DNA from: Octopus bimaculoides
Lineage: Eukaryota
Direction: 5' to 3'
DNA: 55,111 nucleotides
Assembly: GCF_001194135.2 (NCBI RefSeq)
Contig: NC_068982.1
Location: 182,242,258 to 182,297,368, forward strand
The notes under the pieces are model-generated. The model saw only the letters and a list, made by a program, of their open reading frames with translations, was not told the origin of the DNA and ran no database searches. Below, piece by piece: positions 49,464 through 55,111 of this stretch. A program made the position numbers and the translations under genes. Positions within the stretch are counted from its first letter, which is position 1. Every line of letters begins with the position of its first letter.

Positions 49464-49960
49464 CTAGAAGTCCGCTAAATACCGCTGAGTAACCATCTAC
49501 CAACATGTGGCTGGAAAATATTTATAATATTTCCATTTTATAAACTATATAATGCGAATGAAATCGAGAGAAAACTGAGAGAAAAGGACTTTATTAATAA
49601 ATCAAATAATCTTATTTAAGGTTTAAAAGTCTTATCCCATATGAAAAAAATAAAACCTCTAAAAAGTATTGCTGTTATCATTTCTAAAAATAAACACTGA
49701 AAAATGGTATGGCATCATTTCTAAAAATAGCCAAGCAACTACTACTTCTATCCACATGAATGTATATAAAGGACAAAATTTAACCAGTCAACCATAGTTG
49801 AAACCAATGAACACAGCTGTCATCACAACCATACGACCCTGAAGATGTATATATGCAAGAAAGTATACTAGTTCAATAAGAATGGACATTTGATATTTGA
49901 TCTTTTAATATTTCATTTGTTCAATAAGAATAGACAATTAATACTTCAATTCATGTCTCT
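49464..49960 (+). mobile_element. PLE 3' end: GIY-YIG C-terminus plus terminal-repeat region
   Basis: 49464-49619 translates to LEVR*IPLSNHLPTCGWKIFIIFPFYKLYNANEIERKLREKDFINKSNNLI*. A hammerhead-like motif lies about 220 bp downstream. Confidence 0.7.
49835..49874 (+). ncRNA. Candidate decayed minimal hammerhead ribozyme (C3-G8, CUA site)
   Basis: GACC-CTGAAGA-TGTA TATA TGCA A-GAAA-GTATAC-TA-GTTC. Stem III is the palindrome AGTATACT and stem I has 3 of 4 pairs. Confidence 0.5.
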
Positions 49961-50374
49961 TTACTATATTATTATATATCTTATATTAATATTATAAGAT
50001 GATAAATAAAACATGAAAAACAGAGTTGGAATTCCTTTGATTAATATATATATAGATATATATATAACGAATGAAGAGCTACAGATGATAACATTAGTGA
50101 TCATTGATAGCGAAATATTAGGGTATGGAGTTAATTGCTCTATTTTCTTTCCTTTCATTTGCTTTGCTCGCATATATTCTGGCGTTTGCGAGAACATATT
50201 CTTCATGATAAGGCAATTTGGCGTCTTCTTCTAGCGTATTAAGAATCCACCTTTGTGGCTATTCCTCTTATTTATATATGTAATATAATTTATAGTCTTC
50301 AGATATATATTATATATGCTAGGCCACTGGTTTAAATTGATATTATTTAATAATATTAAATTCTACCCTCATTA

Positions 50375-50411
<37 letters not shown>

Positions 50412-51480
50412 NNNNNNNNNNNNNNNNNNNNNNNNNNNNNNNNNNNNNNNNNNNNNNNNNNNNNNNNNNNNNNNNNNNNNNNNNNNNNNNNNNNNNNNNN
50501 NNNNNNNNNNNNNNNNNNNNNNNNNNNNNNNNNNNNNNNNNNNNNNNNNNNNNNNNNNNNNNNNNNNNNNNNNNNNNNNNNNNNNNNNNNNNNNNNNNNN
50601 NNNNNNNNNNNNNNNNNNNNNNNNNNNNNNNNNNNNNNNNNNNNNNNNNNNNNNNNNNNNNNNNNNNNNNNNNNNNNNNNNNNNNNNNNNNNNNNNNNNN
50701 NNNNNNNNNNNNNNNNNNNNNNNNNNNNNNNNNNNNNNNNNNNNNNNNNNNNNNNNNNNNNNNNNNNNNNNNNNNNNNNNNNNNNNNNNNNNNNNNNNNN
50801 NNNNNNNNNNNNNNNNNNNNNNNNNNNNNNNNNNNNNNNNNNNNNNNNNNNNNNNNNNNNNNNNNNNNNNNNNNNNNNNNNNNNNNNNNNNNNNNNNNNN
50901 NNNNNNNNNNNNNNNNNNNNNNNNNNNNNNNNNNNNNNNNNNNNNNNNNNNNNNNNNNNNNNNNNNNNNNNNNNNNNNNNNNNNNNNNNNNNNNNNNNNN
51001 NNNNNNNNNNNNNNNNNNNNNNNNNNNNNNNNNNNNNNNNNNNNNNNNNNNNNNNNNNNNNNNNNNNNNNNNNNNNNNNNNNNNNNNNNNNNNNNNNNNN
51101 NNNNNNNNNNNNNNNNNNNNNNNNNNNNNNNNNNNNNNNNNNNNATATTTCATGCTCTGAAAAATTGTATTTATGTTAGCTGTGAATTATCTGGGACATT
51201 TATATGGTTAATAAAATTTCAAGGTTCATTAGATAAGGGTAATAAAAAATACCACTAGCACTCGCCAACGCTTTCAATAATCGCAGAATTTAGTTCAATT
51301 TTTTTTAAAACGTGAGTTCAATATATATGAATACAATTTCCATATTCTTTGTTATCAAATCACATGTTCGCACGCAGATATCAAAGTGCAGAATTATTGA
51401 CAAACGTCTAATAAGCATGAAAATTCAGGGAATAGAAATAATTCGCACATACAAACACACACATGGACAAAGACGGGGAC

Positions 51481-51494
51481 GTGTGTGTGTGTGT

Positions 51495-51540
<46 letters not shown>
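51481..51540. repeat. (GT)n-(CA)n microsatellite
   Basis: Read directly from the sequence. Confidence 0.9.
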
Positions 51541-51543
<3 letters not shown>

Positions 51544-53794
51544 TATTTATAAAATTATTTCAAAGAGCATTACTTTGGAAACTTATGCAAACTAAAACTT
51601 CGCATCTCGTGAAAATGAAATACAAGGAAGTAGTTGTAAAGTATAATCTCAAACTAAATATTTCTTCACTTCATATCAATTCTTTCCTTTTACGTATTCT
51701 ACAGTGTTAATGGATACTTTTATCGGATTACCGAATTTAGTGCACTTTCCACTTTTATAAATATCTCCTGCATAATCAGTCGTGTTTGTCAAACAATAAT
51801 CACTGCTAGCAAAATCGATGCCGACAAACATTCACAATTATTTTTATCCTGCTGAGTATTTTGCTTTCTTTTTTCTTATTTTTAAAGAGATGGAAATAAC
51901 AATGTAAAAGAAGTATGGTATTCAACATGTTGTGTGCATATCTAGGTTATCTTCATTTATTTAATGTTGTTATTGCAGTGTTGTACTCAGTAAATACATA
52001 TATTAATGCGAATAATGAGATCAGATGACAAATCAAAGGAAGGTATATAGTGTTGTTTATACACTGTGATCCGTGAAAAAAAAATTATAGGTTTTCGTGA
52101 GATATGATGTCTTTTAATAAAATATAATAGATTCGATGAAAATCTATTTATAAACAACGCTTCTTTCAAAATAATATAACATGGTTTTTGTGTAATAAAT
52201 CCTATTCCTATACACGTTTTGCTTCGTTAAATGGTGGGATTCTCTATAAATATTACATGAATTCCAGAGTAGTTTTGTAAGTCGAATGAGTACTTTTTCA
52301 CAAGAATACGTTAATGAAAAGCTGGCTTACAACACTCAGTGTTTTCCATGTTCAAAGCTGAAATGAAATTCGGCAGGCATAGTATATAGCCGACTTAGAG
52401 TCGGTTGTTTTATAAGAAAATACATCTTTAAAACCTATGCACCTCTACACGATTAATCAACATGCGAAAAGTTGTCACCAAATTTCTTTTAAATCTCGTG
52501 TTACAGTAGTAAACAATACATACATTGCATAATGTGATCCTAAAGATACGAACATGATCATAATTCATAAATATAACACTGATTGCAATAGCACAAAGAG
52601 CAAAACACATTACATGATGTAGAGTTAACTTTGTTATTCCTTAGACATTTTATCGTTGCTTTCATCACATCGTCCGAACGTGATATACATCTCTAATGGC
52701 GCAAAGTCATTTTTAGACAATAAATACTCCCTAATTGTGTTAGATACATATCTGAATCAATTATCATTATACTTTAATCATGGTAAATGTCAATGTTCTT
52801 ACTGGTTAAACTTTATTCAATATCTATTGAAACGTGTGGAGAGAAATAATACAGCTATGCACAATTAGTCGTGACGAAATAACGTATGACACTAATTAGA
52901 TTTTAATTACATTATGAACAACAACGTCATAATATAATTAAACATTATTACTTTACGATAACTAGGGCAAAACTGTACATTTTGATAATGTATGATATGA
53001 GAGTGAACAACTTGAAGTAAATGAAAGCGTTTTGTGAAATGACATAAAATTGCAGATTCAATATTAATTTGCTGATTTTTTAAAATCTAATTATGAAAGT
53101 AACGTTCCTTTCTTCTAAAAGGCATGCATTTTAATATTTTCCACTTCTGATATATAATTAACGTCCAGCTGTCGTCTGCACTGACAAACCTAATGAATTT
53201 ACGTATTCATTTATCTGCATTATTGCTCCCAGTTAACAGTACTGTCAATATCTTTAGGTGAATGAAAGATATATACATTGTTAATGAACAAATGCTTAAG
53301 AATGTGACAGCATAATATTATGTCAAAGAGGGAAATCACTGAGGACATTTCTTGTGTTTAAATTCTATAGTTAGATTAAAGAAAAGTGAAATACGAAGAC
53401 TGGAAAATGAAAAATTAATGATAATAAATATTGGAAAATATGAAGTAATAGCGCGTATATTATCAAGAAAGTGAAGCTTTAGGGTGCAATTAATTTACCT
53501 ATCTATCTCGACACAGAATTACAAAATGAAATATCTATCAAATTGCATTTGTGATAAGGTGTATAAACTTTTGGTATAATTACTAATTCTGATGAAGATC
53601 AGAAAATGAGATAACTACAGATTTTAAACGAAGAAATATCAATTAAACATATATTATGGATATAGAGAAAGGGGTGGTATGTTCTTTAGTTCCTAAGATG
53701 ATGACTTCGGAAATACTTCTCTCTTTCTATACATCTCAGGCGAGGGAGATTCTTAAAACTGCTACAATCATTTTAAGATGAACGAAAGAAATAT

Positions 53795-53895
53795 GCATTA
53801 TTTACATTATTTACATTCGACGGATATTTGTCCTCATCTTGTTTGTTAACACAATGTTTCGGCTGATATACTCTCCAGCCTTCTTCAGGTGTCTT
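53795..53895 (-). mobile_element. PLE-like terminal-repeat fragment
   Basis: Contains the hammerhead below, followed by an AT-rich tail (aacaaacaagatgaggacaaatatccgtcgaatgtaaaataatgta). Confidence 0.65.
53848..53893 (-). ncRNA. Candidate minimal hammerhead ribozyme (C3-G8)
   Basis: Minus strand reads GACAC-CTGAAGA-A-GGCTG GAGAGTATAT CAGCC-GAAA-CA-TT-GTGTT. Stems I and II have 5 bp each. Stem III AACATT is one change from the palindrome AACGTT, and position 17 is U. Confidence 0.7.
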
Positions 53896-55076
53896 TGGGA
53901 ACACTCCCCTGGAGGACGTCACTTAGGATTTAAATTTCCTCAGAAAAGCCACCATTGGCTGAACTACCTGACTTTTGTCATAAAGAAAGTTATACGTTCA
54001 CTCTCCCAGTTTATCAGCAATGCCAAAGTTTCGTAGCTTATGAAATATCATGCTGTGATCTACCTTATCAAATGCCTTTGCCAAATCAAGTTATACCACG
54101 CTGACATTTGAAACATCAAACAGCTGTTTCAAAATTCAGTCGTAGAGTTGTGGAAGTTGTATGAGGCAGCTTCTTCCTGGACGGAAGCTATGCTGTGTAT
54201 TCTTCAGTTGGTCATTTTCTTCTCGGAACATTATCAACGTCTTTCTAATGATTAGCTCCATGACATTATTGACATGTGAGGTCAGAGTTCGGCCTGTAGT
54301 TTTTGGCCTCTGCTCTGCTTACCCCTTTTTGGATGAGGCATATGAATTTCTATCAGCTTTTTAGAAAGTTTACCACTCGCAAGGAAACTTTGAAAAATTA
54401 TCTGAAAACCTCTCTTTCTTAGGTCTGCAAGCAGTGAGTCGTTCCCTCGTAACAATGGTCCTATTTTATATTGTATTGTGACTGTTTCCTTTGCTAATTT
54501 ATAGAACGCTTTTGGATTTGATTATATGCTTTCCACAGCTCTATCCTCCATCCGTGCTCTTATCATTTTGTGAGAGATTTTGACGTTGTTTTGATTTCTA
54601 GGTAAGTCCGTATTAAGATAGACTGATCCCATCCTTCAATTACCTATTCAGCCGCTTTGAGACTTTTGGTCTGCGTCTCATAAGAAATTTTATGTCCCTG
54701 GCAATCTTGTTCGTCGGCATGCTGACCTTTCTTTCTGGGGTATTTTTAGTGCTTATAGCTTGCACTGTTGATATAAACTGGCTCAGTTTCAAGTCAATCT
54801 CTTGCATGCATAGAATGTTGAACCAGTCTTGTTTGTGGATCACTTTGCGGATTGATTCCCATTTTGCTTTATTGAAATTCAGGGTGGATAAAGCGTCAGC
54901 CCTCCTCGTAGGGCAGATGCCAACAGTTCGTTTAGGACCACACATAGTTAGTTCAAAAATGTTGCGATCTGAGAGTGCAGTTGGTGTCACCTTCACATTA
55001 TCGATAAGGTCCACATTATTTCTGTATCAGAGGTCCAATATGCTGTTTCCCTTGGTTAGCCTGAGTATCACTTGCT

Positions 55077-55078
<2 letters not shown>
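53890..55078 (-). mobile_element. Degenerate CR1-clade LINE ORF2 fragment, similar to 14010-16760
   Basis: EQVILRLTKGNSILDL, VKVTPTALSDRN, LNFNKAKW, NPKAFY, KIGPLL, AKNYRP, QHSFRPGRSCL, LDLAKAFDKVDH and GSVPKDT (decayed SGVPQGT). Confidence 0.92.

Positions 55079-55111
<33 letters not shown>

Overview
AT-rich, microsatellite-dense animal genomic DNA with 14 N-gaps (about 5 kb in total), almost all flanked by (TA)n, (TG)n or (GA)n tracts. The SINE families and simple-repeat landscape suggest an octopus draft assembly (inference from recall, not a search). No host protein-coding exon can be called with confidence, and most ORF-track entries are microsatellite or gap artefacts. The recognisable content is decayed transposable elements: a HERO-like RLE retrotransposon, two CR1-like LINEs, R4/Dong-like and RTE-like pieces, two mariners, a Helitron fragment, tRNA-derived SINEs and several Penelope-like element (PLE) remnants. 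The main hunt result is six candidate minimal type I hammerhead ribozymes in PLE-like repeats. Together they show three different base pairs at core positions 3-8 (C-G, G-C, U-A). Three of them sit in the loops of foldback (inverted-repeat) elements, and in one the inversion breakpoint falls exactly at the predicted self-cleavage site. All structures were folded by eye and none has been tested.
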